Assembly (NCBI GenBank): GCA_045652705.1
Contig: JAZRUV010000029.1
Location: 15,389-79,388, forward strand
DNA from: Clostridia bacterium
GTDB taxonomy: Bacteria; Bacillota; Clostridia; TANB77; CAG-465
Direction of reading: 5' to 3'
Length of the DNA: 64,000 nucleotides
The notes below the pieces were generated by a model. That model was not told the DNA's origin. It did no database searches and worked only from the letters and a program-made list of their open reading frames with translations. A program made the position numbers and the translations under genes. Shown here one piece after another: positions 37,858 to 47,633 of this stretch (the first letter of the stretch is position 1; each line of letters starts with the position of its first letter).

Positions 37858-38133
37858 ATGAAAAATGTTAATAGGTATGAAATGATACGGTATGCAACAT
37901 ACTTTGCCCAAAATCAGACAACGGTTAGAGGTGTTGCAAAACATTTTGGAGTATCTAAGACACACGTACATAATCAACTAGTTCTAATGACGGAAATTAA
38001 ATTCCGTCACGAAAGAAATCAGAAGCTTAGTAAAGCAGTAAGAGAATTATTGGATAAAAATAAACGTGAGCGGCATATTAGAGGTGGCAATGCAACAAAA
38101 TTAAAATATCTTAACAGGACGAAAAATAAATAG
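37858..38133 (+). CDS. spoIIID: Sporulation transcriptional regulator SpoIIID
   Basis: TVRGVAKHFGVSKTHVHNQ helix-turn-helix and C-terminal KRERHIRGGNATKLKY; 91 aa. Confidence 0.85.
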   Translation: MKNVNRYEMIRYATYFAQNQTTVRGVAKHFGVSKTHVHNQLVLMTEIKFRHERNQKLSKAVRELLDKNKRERHIRGGNATKLKYLNRTKNK

Positions 38134-38165
38134 TAGAAGACAAAATGTCTTCTACTATTTTATGT
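38133..38165 (+). terminator. Intrinsic terminator (agtagaagacaaaatgtcttctactatttt)
   Basis: 11-bp stem followed by a T-tract. Confidence 0.65.
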
Positions 38166-38273
38166 CTTGTTATGTGCTGGATATATTCAATATATTTACA
38201 TTTATAGCTTTGTATGATATAATAAATACTGCAAAAGAACAAAACGAAAATAAATTTATTGGAGGAACAAGAT

Positions 38274-38801
38274 ATGGATATACTTATCCCTAATGTTGAT
38301 GTACCATCTACAAAAGAAATCGGATTAGATACTTTGCCACTTGCATCTAGTTATGCTAAAGATGCTATTTTAAGCCAAAGGAAAAGAATAGATGAAATCA
38401 TTTTAGCAAATATGGATAAGAGTTATCCGGCTATCGAACTGTCCTTTGGACTTTTTGATGAAATTGAACGAGAAATGTTTGCAAATGGATGGTGTAAACA
38501 AGAGGGTGGTTGGTGGCATCCTATTGGGCTCATAGAACGGTATACAGAAGTTCAAATAAAGGATGAAGAAAACAAAGTAATATCGGCAGCAACTTTTTAT
38601 AATTCAACAATGAAACAGCAGCTTATAGAATTACATGCAGAAATTGATAAAGCACGAGAAAAAGGTTTAAGAAGTGTCGAGTTAAAATTCCCCCTTTATC
38701 AAGTAATTGTAGATAAACTAAAGGAACAAGGGTGGAATGTTTATGTTCATAATAATTTTTATAGCAGTGCAACACCATATACGTCGCTTAAAGCTAAATA
38801 A
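38274..38801 (+). CDS. Hypothetical protein (no recognised domain)
   Basis: About 176 aa from the ATG after RBS ggagg; contains WCKQEGGWWHP; terminator tgcagagagat/atctctctgca at 38812-38842. Confidence 0.4.
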   Translation: MDILIPNVDVPSTKEIGLDTLPLASSYAKDAILSQRKRIDEIILANMDKSYPAIELSFGLFDEIEREMFANGWCKQEGGWWHPIGLIERYTEVQIKDEENKVISAATFYNSTMKQQLIELHAEIDKAREKGLRSVELKFPLYQVIVDKLKEQGWNVYVHNNFYSSATPYTSLKAK

Positions 38802-38927
38802 TAGTAATTGTTTGCAGAGAGATTAAATATCTCTCTGCAATTTTCTTTATGTTTTTAAATGTATTTTAAGTTCGTTTTTCATTGACAAAAAGGTGCATAG
38901 AAGGTATACTTTTACCAAGGTGATTTT

Positions 38928-39671
38928 GTGACAAAATATGCAGTTGTAGATTTCAGGATGAGAAAAATTGAAAAAGAATATATAAAGTCGTTAGGCTATG
39001 AAATAATAGAAAATGGATTTAATTTAAACACGTATGATGAGATAGCATCACATGTGGATATATATTATTTAAAGGTAGGAGATATGGTGTTTTCAGCACC
39101 AGAGAAAAAAGGATTAGTACCTTTTACTACAGTATCGTGTACTACTCCTATAGGACGAGACTATCCAACAGATATTCCATATAACGTATGTGTAGTTGGA
39201 AATAATGCAGTGCATAATTTTAAATATACAGATAATATAGTTAAATTCTATTTAGAAAGGCACGGATATAATTTAATAGATGTTGAACAAGGGTATGCTA
39301 ATTGTAGCACTTGTGTATTAGATGACAATTCTTGCATTACATCAGATATGGGTATCGCAAAGGCTTTAATGGATGCTGGTGTAGATACACTTTATGCATA
39401 TGAACCAGATATTAAATTAAAGAAAAGACTTAGTGATATATTTAAAGATGAGTCTCGTATGAGTTTTGTGGATTCTAAAATGCAGGGCTTTATTGGAGGT
39501 GCGATGGCACGCCTAGGTGATACAGTTGTGTTATTTGGGGATGTACAAAATTTAGTTAATGGTACTAAAATACAGAGGTTTATAGAAAAGAAAGGGTTAA
39601 AATTCCATCATTTTGAAGGACTAGATGTAGTAGATTATGGTGGAGTATTAGAGGTTATAGTTAATGAGTAG
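38928..39671 (+). CDS. Hypothetical protein (possible amidinotransferase-like fold; GTG start)
   Basis: 247 aa ORF translationally coupled (overlap) to pcrA; no confident family assignment. Confidence 0.4.
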   Translation: MTKYAVVDFRMRKIEKEYIKSLGYEIIENGFNLNTYDEIASHVDIYYLKVGDMVFSAPEKKGLVPFTTVSCTTPIGRDYPTDIPYNVCVVGNNAVHNFKYTDNIVKFYLERHGYNLIDVEQGYANCSTCVLDDNSCITSDMGIAKALMDAGVDTLYAYEPDIKLKKRLSDIFKDESRMSFVDSKMQGFIGGAMARLGDTVVLFGDVQNLVNGTKIQRFIEKKGLKFHHFEGLDVVDYGGVLEVIVNE

Positions 39672-42021
39672 TTTATTAGATGGATTAAACAGCGTGCAAA
39701 GAGAAGCTGCGTCATATACAGATGGTCCACTTTTAATACTGGCAGGTGCAGGAAGTGGGAAAACAAGAGTATTAACATATAGAATAGCGTATCTTTTAGA
39801 ACAAGGTATATGCAGACCATGGGAAATTCTTGCTATTACTTTTACAAACAAAGCAGCAAAAGAAATGAAAGAAAGAGTAGAAGGACTAGTAGGAGAAAAT
39901 GCAAAGGATATATGGCTTGGAACATTCCATAGTATATGTGTAAGAATATTAAAAAGGGAAATAGAATGTTTAGGTTACACAAGAGACTTTAATATATTAG
40001 ACGAACTAGACAAACAAAAAGTATTAAAAGAAATAATGAAAAAAATGGACATAGATGAAAAAAACTATGGTGTAAGTTATATAGTAAGTGAAATAAGCAA
40101 GGCAAAAGATGTATTAAAAAGTCCAGAAACATATATTAAAGAAGCACAAGGAGATTATAGAAAAGAAACAATTGGTAAGGTGTATAGTGAATACCAAAGA
40201 ACTTTAAAAGCAAATAACTCACTAGACTTTGATGATATCTTATGCTTAACCGTTGAAGTATTTAAGAATAGTCCGGATAGACTTATGTATTACCAAAATA
40301 AGTTTAAACATATTCTAGTTGATGAGTATCAAGATACAAACCATGTTCAGTTTATATTAATTAGTATGCTTGCAAGTGCACACGGCAATATTTGTGTTGT
40401 AGGTGATGAATCGCAAAGTATATATGCATTCCGTGGAGCAGATATATCTAATATACTAGATTTTGAAAAGGAATACGACCAAGCGAAAATTATAAAGCTT
40501 GAACAAAATTATAGAAGTACAAAAACAATACTTAATGCGGCTAATGCTGTTATAAACAACAATACTTCTAAAATAGACAAGAATCTTTGGACAGAAAATG
40601 ATGAAGGTGAAAAAATTAAGTATTTTACTTCTAAAAACGAATACGAAGAAGTAGATTATATAGTAGATAAAATAGATGCAATGTGTAGAACTGGAAAGTA
40701 CACATATAAAGATTTTGCACTTCTTTATAGAACAAATGCGCAAAGCCGTGTTATAGAAGACGTATTTATGCGTGCAGGTACACCATACAAACTTATTGGT
40801 GGAACAAAGTTCTATTCAAGAAAAGAAATTAAAGATATGGTAGCTTACTTAAAATTAATAAATAACTTAAAAGATAACGTGTCTTTAACCAGAATAATAA
40901 ACGAACCTAAAAGAGGAATTGGGGACACTTCTGTATATAGAGTAAGGGATAGAGCAGAAGAGGTAGGCTTAAGTATATTTGAATATATTTCAGAACCTGC
41001 CAATATTGCAGAACTTAGATGTTCAAATGCCATGACAAACTTTGTAACTCTAATTTCGGATTTAAATGCTATGAAAGATAGCCTAACACCATCTGAACTT
41101 ATGAAAAAGGTGTTGGAGCTTACAGGTTATGAAGCAGAACTAATGAAGGATAAGACTGCTGAAAATGAATCTAGACTAGAAAATATTTATGAGTTTATTG
41201 GTGTTGCAAAAGAGTTTGAAGAGGAAGAAGTAGAAAATACTCTTTCAGATTTCTTAGATAGCATTGCTCTTGTTGCAGATGTAGATAACTTAGAAGAGGG
41301 AACAGAAGCAGTAACTTTAATGACTATGCACAATGCAAAAGGTCTAGAATATCCAGTTGTATTTATAGTAGGTTTAGAAGAAGGACTATTTCCGTCTAAA
41401 CGTTCGTTAGATGAAGACAAAGGCGTAGAAGAAGAAAGAAGACTTTGCTATGTTGCAATAACACGTGCAAAACAAGAATTATTCTTAACTAATGCACGTC
41501 AAAGAACGATGTATGGTATGACAACAACTACAATACCATCTCGTTTTACTGAAGAAATTCCAAATGAGTATTTAGATGAATCAGCAAGAGAGAATCTAGA
41601 ACTAGGCAGAAGAAAGCAAGAAAAATATACAGATAATGAATATGCTAAAGTTGAAAGTTGGTTGTCGAATACGTTAAATTCAATGGATAGAGATAGTGAT
41701 TATTCTTACTCTAGTTCATACAATTCTTCATATAGCAATTCATATAGTTCTTATGGAAGACGTGCTGGAGCAAGCGTGAGTAGTTCAGTCGGAATAGATG
41801 CATCAAGCTTCTTGAAGAATATGAATATTGGAAGTGTGACTAAGAATGAATCATCAACGGGCGTTAAAGCAGGGGATAAAGTAAAACACAAAAAGTTTGG
41901 CATAGGAATAGTGAAAAATATTAATTCCGATGACGATATGGTGGTTGCAGAAATAAACTTTGAAAAGTTTGGAATGAAACGATTAATTGTAACGGGAACA
42001 ACATTAGAAGTTGTTGGATAA
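39664..42021 (+). CDS. pcrA: ATP-dependent DNA helicase PcrA (UvrD family)
   Basis: AGAGSGKTRVLTYRIAYLL Walker A, DEYQDTN, and other UvrD helicase motifs; S/Y-rich low-complexity linker (about 41690-41800) before the C-terminal Tudor-like domain. Confidence 0.9.
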   Translation: MSSLLDGLNSVQREAASYTDGPLLILAGAGSGKTRVLTYRIAYLLEQGICRPWEILAITFTNKAAKEMKERVEGLVGENAKDIWLGTFHSICVRILKREIECLGYTRDFNILDELDKQKVLKEIMKKMDIDEKNYGVSYIVSEISKAKDVLKSPETYIKEAQGDYRKETIGKVYSEYQRTLKANNSLDFDDILCLTVEVFKNSPDRLMYYQNKFKHILVDEYQDTNHVQFILISMLASAHGNICVVGDESQSIYAFRGADISNILDFEKEYDQAKIIKLEQNYRSTKTILNAANAVINNNTSKIDKNLWTENDEGEKIKYFTSKNEYEEVDYIVDKIDAMCRTGKYTYKDFALLYRTNAQSRVIEDVFMRAGTPYKLIGGTKFYSRKEIKDMVAYLKLINNLKDNVSLTRIINEPKRGIGDTSVYRVRDRAEEVGLSIFEYISEPANIAELRCSNAMTNFVTLISDLNAMKDSLTPSELMKKVLELTGYEAELMKDKTAENESRLENIYEFIGVAKEFEEEEVENTLSDFLDSIALVADVDNLEEGTEAVTLMTMHNAKGLEYPVVFIVGLEEGLFPSKRSLDEDKGVEEERRLCYVAITRAKQELFLTNARQRTMYGMTTTTIPSRFTEEIPNEYLDESARENLELGRRKQEKYTDNEYAKVESWLSNTLNSMDRDSDYSYSSSYNSSYSNSYSSYGRRAGASVSSSVGIDASSFLKNMNIGSVTKNESSTGVKAGDKVKHKKFGIGIVKNINSDDDMVVAEINFEKFGMKRLIVTGTTLEVVG

Positions 42022-42057
42022 TGTAGTATAATTGGTTGATTAAGAGAGGTTATTTAA

Positions 42058-43092
42058 ATGAATGTTGTAGTATTATGTGGTGGAACAAGTACAGAAAGAG
42101 ACGTATCAATATCTTCTGGTACTTTAATATGTAAAGCTTTAGAAAGTAGAGGGTATAACACGGTACTTTTAGATGTATTTTTAGGCTTAGATAGTTTTTC
42201 TAAAGAAACAGTGTTTGGTTTGGGAGAACAAGGACTTAAGGTTAAAGCAGGAGTGACTGAAGGAGCACCAAACATATCTAAAATAAAAGAAATGAGACAA
42301 AATCCAGAAGTGTTTTTTGGACCTAATGTACTGGATATATGTAAAGCAGCAGATATTGTATATATAGCGTTACACGGAGAAAATGGAGAAAACGGAAAAG
42401 TACAAGCAACATTTGATTTATTAGGTATAAAATATACAGGTACTGGTTATGAAGGAAGCTTACTTGGAATGAGTAAAGATTTAACACGTAAAGTATTAAT
42501 TCCATGTGGTGTTAATATGGCAAAGGGAATTACACTATATAAAGAGGAGAGTTATGAAAGTGTAAAGAATAAATTGTTTGTACCTGCAGTAGTAAAACCA
42601 GCAAATGGTGGGTCTAGTATAGGTGTAGCAATTGTACATAATGAGAATGATTTAAAAGAAGCTATTGAGCTTGCCAAACAGTATGACGACACAGTAGTTA
42701 TAGAAGAGTATATAAAAGGTAGAGAATTTTCAATAGGTGTAATAGATGGTAAAGCTTTACCAATAATTGAAATAATACCAAAACAAGGTTTTTATGATTA
42801 CAAAAATAAATACCAAGCAGGTCTTACAGAAGAGGTTTGCCCAGCAAATCTAGATAGTGAAAACACATTAAAAATGCAACAATTGGCGGAAAAAGCGTAC
42901 AAAGCGTTAGGTCTTAATGTATATTCAAGAATAGATTTTATCTTGTCTAACACAAATGAACCATACTGTTTAGAAGCAAATACACTACCAGGTATGACAC
43001 CAACAAGCTTACTTCCACAGGAGGCGGCACAAGTTGGAATGTCATATGTAGATTTATGTGAAAGAATAATAGAGTTATCTTTAAATAAATAA
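42058..43092 (+). CDS. ddl: D-alanine--D-alanine ligase
   Basis: MNVVVLCGGTSTERDVSISSG and the ATP-grasp domain. Confidence 0.9.
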   Translation: MNVVVLCGGTSTERDVSISSGTLICKALESRGYNTVLLDVFLGLDSFSKETVFGLGEQGLKVKAGVTEGAPNISKIKEMRQNPEVFFGPNVLDICKAADIVYIALHGENGENGKVQATFDLLGIKYTGTGYEGSLLGMSKDLTRKVLIPCGVNMAKGITLYKEESYESVKNKLFVPAVVKPANGGSSIGVAIVHNENDLKEAIELAKQYDDTVVIEEYIKGREFSIGVIDGKALPIIEIIPKQGFYDYKNKYQAGLTEEVCPANLDSENTLKMQQLAEKAYKALGLNVYSRIDFILSNTNEPYCLEANTLPGMTPTSLLPQEAAQVGMSYVDLCERIIELSLNK

Positions 43093-43111
43093 TATAAGTT
43101 ATAAAATATAT

Positions 43112-44503
43112 ATGGAGGATACTATGGAAACTATAAAATTAATTGACGTTATAAAAGCAGTACAAGGAACAGTTATAAGTGGGGAAGTAGAGGAGAAACA
43201 AATACTATCTGTTGCAACAGATAGTAGAGAAAATATGCCACAAGGATTATTTATAGCCATAAAAGGTGAAAATACAGACGGCCACAAATATGTAGAAGGT
43301 GCAGCAAAAAATGGTGCTATAGCAATTTTAGTTAGTGAAGAATTAGAAGAGTATATAGATGGTATAGTATATATTAAAGTAGAAGACACAATAAAAGGCT
43401 TACAAGATTTAGCAACTTGGTATAGAAGCCAGTTTAATATACCCGTTGTAGCAATTACAGGAAGTGTAGGTAAAACTACAACTAAAGATATGGTATCTTC
43501 TGTGCTTAAAAGAAAATATAACGTATTAAAAACACAAGGCAATTTAAATAGTGAAATAGGTGCACCTATGACTGTGTTAGGGTTAAATAAATCTCACGAA
43601 ATAGCTGTTATAGAAATGGGAATGGATCATTTAAGACAAATAGCAAGTATAAGCAAAATAGTAAAACCAGATACTGCAGTTATAACAAATGTAGGAGTAG
43701 CGCATCTTGAGTATTTGAAAACAAGAGAAAACATTTTAAAAGCAAAATGTGAAGTATTTGAAAATATGGATGAAAATACAGGCCTTGCTATTTTAAATAA
43801 AGATAATGATATGTTAGCTACTGTAGATAACAATTTTAAAAAGATATGGTTTGGAAAAGATAAGGGTGCAGATATATATGTAGAAAACATTAGTGTGGAT
43901 TATACAGATGGAGCTACTAAAGCAGATTTGTATATAGAAAACACAAAGTACGATTTAGTAGTTCCAGGACTAAGTGAGCATTTAGTATACTCTGCAATGT
44001 CAGCTATAGCAGTAGGATTAAGATATGGTATGACTGTAGAAGAAACCTTGCAAGGTGTTTTAAGCTATACTCACACAAAAATGAGAATGGACATATATAA
44101 ACTACAAGACAATATTTTAGTTATAGATGATACATATAACGCAAATCCAGACTCTATGAAATCTTTAATAGACACAGTACAAAGAGGAAATAAAGAAAAT
44201 AAAATATTAATACTTGGAGATATGTTTGAACTTGGGGAAAATACCATAGAATTACATCAACAAGTATTAGAGTATGGTATAAATGCTGGTGCAACAAAAA
44301 TTATTGTTACTGGTGAAAATATGAAACAAGCAGTAAAAGGAATTCAAAATGGTGTAATAGTAGCATATGAAAATAAAGAGGATGTAATAAATTCTCTAGA
44401 CGAAATAATTGAAAAAGAAAGTATTGTTGCATTAAAAGCATCTAGAGGAATGAGATTTGAAAATATAACTGAAAAAATCCTTGAAAAATATAAAGCTTTG
44501 TGA
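43112..44503 (+). CDS. murF: UDP-N-acetylmuramoyl-tripeptide--D-alanyl-D-alanine ligase
   Basis: AITGSVGKTTTKDM Mur ligase P-loop; gene order ddl-murF. Confidence 0.9.
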   Translation: MEDTMETIKLIDVIKAVQGTVISGEVEEKQILSVATDSRENMPQGLFIAIKGENTDGHKYVEGAAKNGAIAILVSEELEEYIDGIVYIKVEDTIKGLQDLATWYRSQFNIPVVAITGSVGKTTTKDMVSSVLKRKYNVLKTQGNLNSEIGAPMTVLGLNKSHEIAVIEMGMDHLRQIASISKIVKPDTAVITNVGVAHLEYLKTRENILKAKCEVFENMDENTGLAILNKDNDMLATVDNNFKKIWFGKDKGADIYVENISVDYTDGATKADLYIENTKYDLVVPGLSEHLVYSAMSAIAVGLRYGMTVEETLQGVLSYTHTKMRMDIYKLQDNILVIDDTYNANPDSMKSLIDTVQRGNKENKILILGDMFELGENTIELHQQVLEYGINAGATKIIVTGENMKQAVKGIQNGVIVAYENKEDVINSLDEIIEKESIVALKASRGMRFENITEKILEKYKAL

Positions 44504-44535
44504 TATAAAAAAGGTAAATAGTGGAGGTAATATAT

Positions 44536-45033
44536 ATGGATTTTAAAGATAAAGTAAAAGATGTATGGGAAAAGGCAGGAGATGTTGCTGAAAAAACATA
44601 TAAGACGGTAGCAGATAAATCTAATAGACTAGTAGAAGAAGCAAAGCTTAAAATAAAAGTAAGTGATACAGAAGCAGAAATTACAGGTATGCTTCAAGAT
44701 ATTGGAATTAAAGTTTATGAAAAATACAAAAGTGGAGCAGCTCTTGAAAAAGAACTTGCTAAAGATTGCAAAGCTATAGAAAAGTTATATAAAGATATAG
44801 AAAAAATGGATATAAAATCTTTATACCTTAAAGATTTAAGAGTATGTGAAGCATGTGGTGAAACAATAGGAATAGAAAATAAATTCTGTCCAACTTGTGG
44901 GGCTAAACAAAAGAAAGTAAGAATACCTGAAGAAAAGAAAGAAGAAGTATTAACAGAGAAAGTATGCCCGGAATGTGCAACTGTTCACGGAACAGAAGTA
45001 AACTTCTGCACAAAATGCGGACACAAATTTTAA
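44536..45033 (+). CDS. Hypothetical protein with two C-terminal zinc-ribbon motifs
   Basis: CEACG...CPTCG and CPECA...CTKCG; coiled-coil N-terminal region. Confidence 0.5.
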   Translation: MDFKDKVKDVWEKAGDVAEKTYKTVADKSNRLVEEAKLKIKVSDTEAEITGMLQDIGIKVYEKYKSGAALEKELAKDCKAIEKLYKDIEKMDIKSLYLKDLRVCEACGETIGIENKFCPTCGAKQKKVRIPEEKKEEVLTEKVCPECATVHGTEVNFCTKCGHKF

Positions 45034-45045
45034 TAGGAGATATAC

Positions 45046-45936
45046 ATGATATTTTCAAAAATAAAAGAAGCATTTACAAATAAGTTCAATGAAATATTTA
45101 GGTCTAATGAAGAAATAGAAGATATTCTAGATGAGATAGAGGAGCTCCTAATATTATCTGATGTAGGAATGAAAACTACGTCAGATATTTGTGCTTCCTT
45201 AAGAAAAAGACTGAAGGCCGAGCAAGATACTTCAAAAGAAAATGTAATTAGACTCTTAAAACAAGAAATGGTAGAAATTTTAACTGTAGATGATAGCAAT
45301 GAGCAAGATGAAAATGAAAGTTACAAAGACAAACATGTAATACTAGTTGTTGGAGTAAATGGAGTTGGTAAGACAACATCAATTGCAAAACTTTCTAACA
45401 TATATAAAAAAGAGGGAAGTAAGGTGCTTCTAGCAGCTGGTGATACATTTAGGGCTGGTGCAAGAGAGCAGTTAGAACTTTGGGCTGAGGTTGCAGGTGT
45501 TGAATGTGTGTCAGGTAAGGATGGACAGGATCCATCATCAGTAATATTTGATGCATCTAAAAAGTTTGCAAGGGAAGATTACAATACTCTTATATGTGAT
45601 ACGGCTGGACGTTTGCATAATAAGAAAAACTTGATGGATGAGATAGAAAAAATAAAAAGAACTGTAGATAAAAACTTACCTAATATACATGTAGAAGTGT
45701 TAATGGTAATAGATGCTACAACTGGCCAAAATGCCGTAGAACAAGCTAAAGCTTTCTACGATAGAACAAGTGTAGACGGAATAATTCTAACGAAACTTGA
45801 TTCTAGTGCAAAAGGTGGAGTTGTATTTGGAATAATAAACGAATTAAATATACCAATAAAATATATTGGTATAGGGGAAAAGATAGATGATATAAAAGAA
45901 TTTAATGCCAAAGATTTTGTAGATTCTATAATATAA
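45046..45936 (+). CDS. ftsY: Signal recognition particle receptor FtsY
   Basis: VVGVNGVGKTTSIAKL, DTAGR, TKLD G-domain motifs. Confidence 0.9.
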   Translation: MIFSKIKEAFTNKFNEIFRSNEEIEDILDEIEELLILSDVGMKTTSDICASLRKRLKAEQDTSKENVIRLLKQEMVEILTVDDSNEQDENESYKDKHVILVVGVNGVGKTTSIAKLSNIYKKEGSKVLLAAGDTFRAGAREQLELWAEVAGVECVSGKDGQDPSSVIFDASKKFAREDYNTLICDTAGRLHNKKNLMDEIEKIKRTVDKNLPNIHVEVLMVIDATTGQNAVEQAKAFYDRTSVDGIILTKLDSSAKGGVVFGIINELNIPIKYIGIGEKIDDIKEFNAKDFVDSII

Positions 45937-45948
45937 GGAGGATAATTC

Positions 45949-46677
45949 ATGCGAATAATACTTATGAGGCACGGTTATTGTAAAGGGTTAAAAGAAGGTA
46001 TAATAAATGGTTGGAGAGATTTGCCTTTAACACCTAAAGGAAGACAAGAACCAATAATCGCTGCACAAAGCATAGTAAAACTTTTAGGACAAGTGAAAAT
46101 ACATAAAGCATATTCTTCATATATGTCTAGAACTTATGATACAGCCGCTATATTTAGTGAAGTGTTAAAGTTTAAAGGTAAGATTAAACAAGATTTAAGA
46201 CTTAATGAAAGACATTATGGAATGTTCCAAGGAATGAAAAAAGAAGATGCAAGAGCTTTTAAAGAGTTTAATTCGTTATCAGATAGTGATAAAAGACTAG
46301 ATAATAAACTTGTTCCTGAAAATAGTGTAAGACGTGCAGCTACATTAAATGAATATTCCGAAAAACTAAAAAAACCAGTTAAAAAAATAGAAAGTATTAT
46401 TCCATTTTCTGAATCTATATTAGATGTAGAAAAAAGAACGAGTGAGTTCATAGAGGAACAAATTTTAATCCCTGAAAATCAAAATAAAACAATTTTAATT
46501 GTAACTCATGCAAGTACAGCAAAACTTATGGTTAAGAAGTTTGAAAATTTAACATATAAGCAAACGTCAAAATTAAGATTCGCTACTTGTGCTATGAAAA
46601 CTTATGATATGAGATATAAGGATAATAACTATGAAATAGTAAGCGAATATAACATAAACAAAGAGTGGGAAGGTTAA
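45949..46677 (+). CDS. Histidine phosphatase family protein (phosphoglycerate-mutase-like)
   Basis: MRIILMRHG catalytic RHG motif at the N-terminus. Confidence 0.55.
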   Translation: MRIILMRHGYCKGLKEGIINGWRDLPLTPKGRQEPIIAAQSIVKLLGQVKIHKAYSSYMSRTYDTAAIFSEVLKFKGKIKQDLRLNERHYGMFQGMKKEDARAFKEFNSLSDSDKRLDNKLVPENSVRRAATLNEYSEKLKKPVKKIESIIPFSESILDVEKRTSEFIEEQILIPENQNKTILIVTHASTAKLMVKKFENLTYKQTSKLRFATCAMKTYDMRYKDNNYEIVSEYNINKEWEG

Positions 46678-47228
46678 TTGAAATGGGAAGTATTAGTGTA
46701 TTTACAGGTCCTATGAAATGTGGGAAAACAAAAAGAGCCATAGAAGTTGCTACAATACAAAAGATACGTGGTAAAGATATTAAAGTTTTCAAGCCAGAGA
46801 TAGATGATAGATTCTCTACTAACAAATTAGTTACAAGAGCGGGGCATGAGATAGACACATATAATATTTCTAAAATAGAGGATATAGAAAAGTATGATGC
46901 AGATGTATATGTAATAGATGAATTTCAGTTTTTAGATGGTGATTTAGATACAATTAATCGTCTTGCTAATAAGGATAAAAAAATATACATATCTGGGCTT
47001 AACTTAACATCAGACAGAAAACCATTTGGAAAAATGGGAGAAGTTATGTGTATGGCTGACAGAATAGAGCTTATGACATCAGTTTGTGAAGTTTGCAAAT
47101 GTGAAGAAGCTATATACACCTATTATAGTGGACAAAAACAAGGAGACATTTTAGTGGGTGAGACTGGTTATATGCCAGTTTGTAGGACATGCTACGAACA
47201 CCTTAATGCAAACAATAATATATTTTGA
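46665..47228 (+). CDS. tdk: Thymidine kinase
   Basis: FTGPMKCGKT P-loop, VIDEFQF, C-terminal Zn ribbon CEVC...CRTC. Confidence 0.85.
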   Translation: MGRLIEMGSISVFTGPMKCGKTKRAIEVATIQKIRGKDIKVFKPEIDDRFSTNKLVTRAGHEIDTYNISKIEDIEKYDADVYVIDEFQFLDGDLDTINRLANKDKKIYISGLNLTSDRKPFGKMGEVMCMADRIELMTSVCEVCKCEEAIYTYYSGQKQGDILVGETGYMPVCRTCYEHLNANNNIF

Positions 47229-47231
47229 TAT

Positions 47232-47260
47232 AAAGCTAGGAAATGCCTAGCTTTATTTTT
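47232..47260. terminator. Bidirectional terminator (aaagctaggaaatgcctagcttt)
   Basis: 9-bp stem between convergent tdk and the RHH gene, flanked by A/T runs. Confidence 0.6.
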
Positions 47261-47457
47261 TCTTCTTCTAAACAATTTTTATCTCGTTCATCTAAATTGT
47301 CTAGAGCAAATTCAATTAGGGTAGTAACTACTTTGTTAAATGACAAGTTTTTTATATTCGCTAGAGTTTGTACTTCGTCTACTAAATCTTCAGGTAGCCT
47401 TAAAGTTTTGCTAATTCCACTGTGGTTTTCAGGTATTTTTAATTTATTCATTTTCAT
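47236..47457 (-). CDS. Ribbon-helix-helix (CopG/Arc-like) small DNA-binding protein
   Basis: About 73 aa from the ATG preceded by RBS aggagg (the track began at an upstream GTG); KTLRLPEDLVDEVQTLANIKNLSFNKVVTTLIEF beta-alpha-alpha pattern. Confidence 0.45.
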   Translation of the reverse strand: MKMNKLKIPENHSGISKTLRLPEDLVDEVQTLANIKNLSFNKVVTTLIEFALDNLDERDKNCLEEEKIKLGIS

Positions 47458-47633
47458 ACTCCTCCTAGCACTTATTTTATAATATAAAACAAAATAAATA
47501 TGCACCCAAAAACAATGTCAAAAATGCTTGCAAAAACAAAAAATATATTGTAATATATTTTTGTAATAAGTTAAAGTAAGGGCATAAATACTTTAACAAG
47601 GTAGCAAAATAATTGTATTAGGAGGAAAAACAG

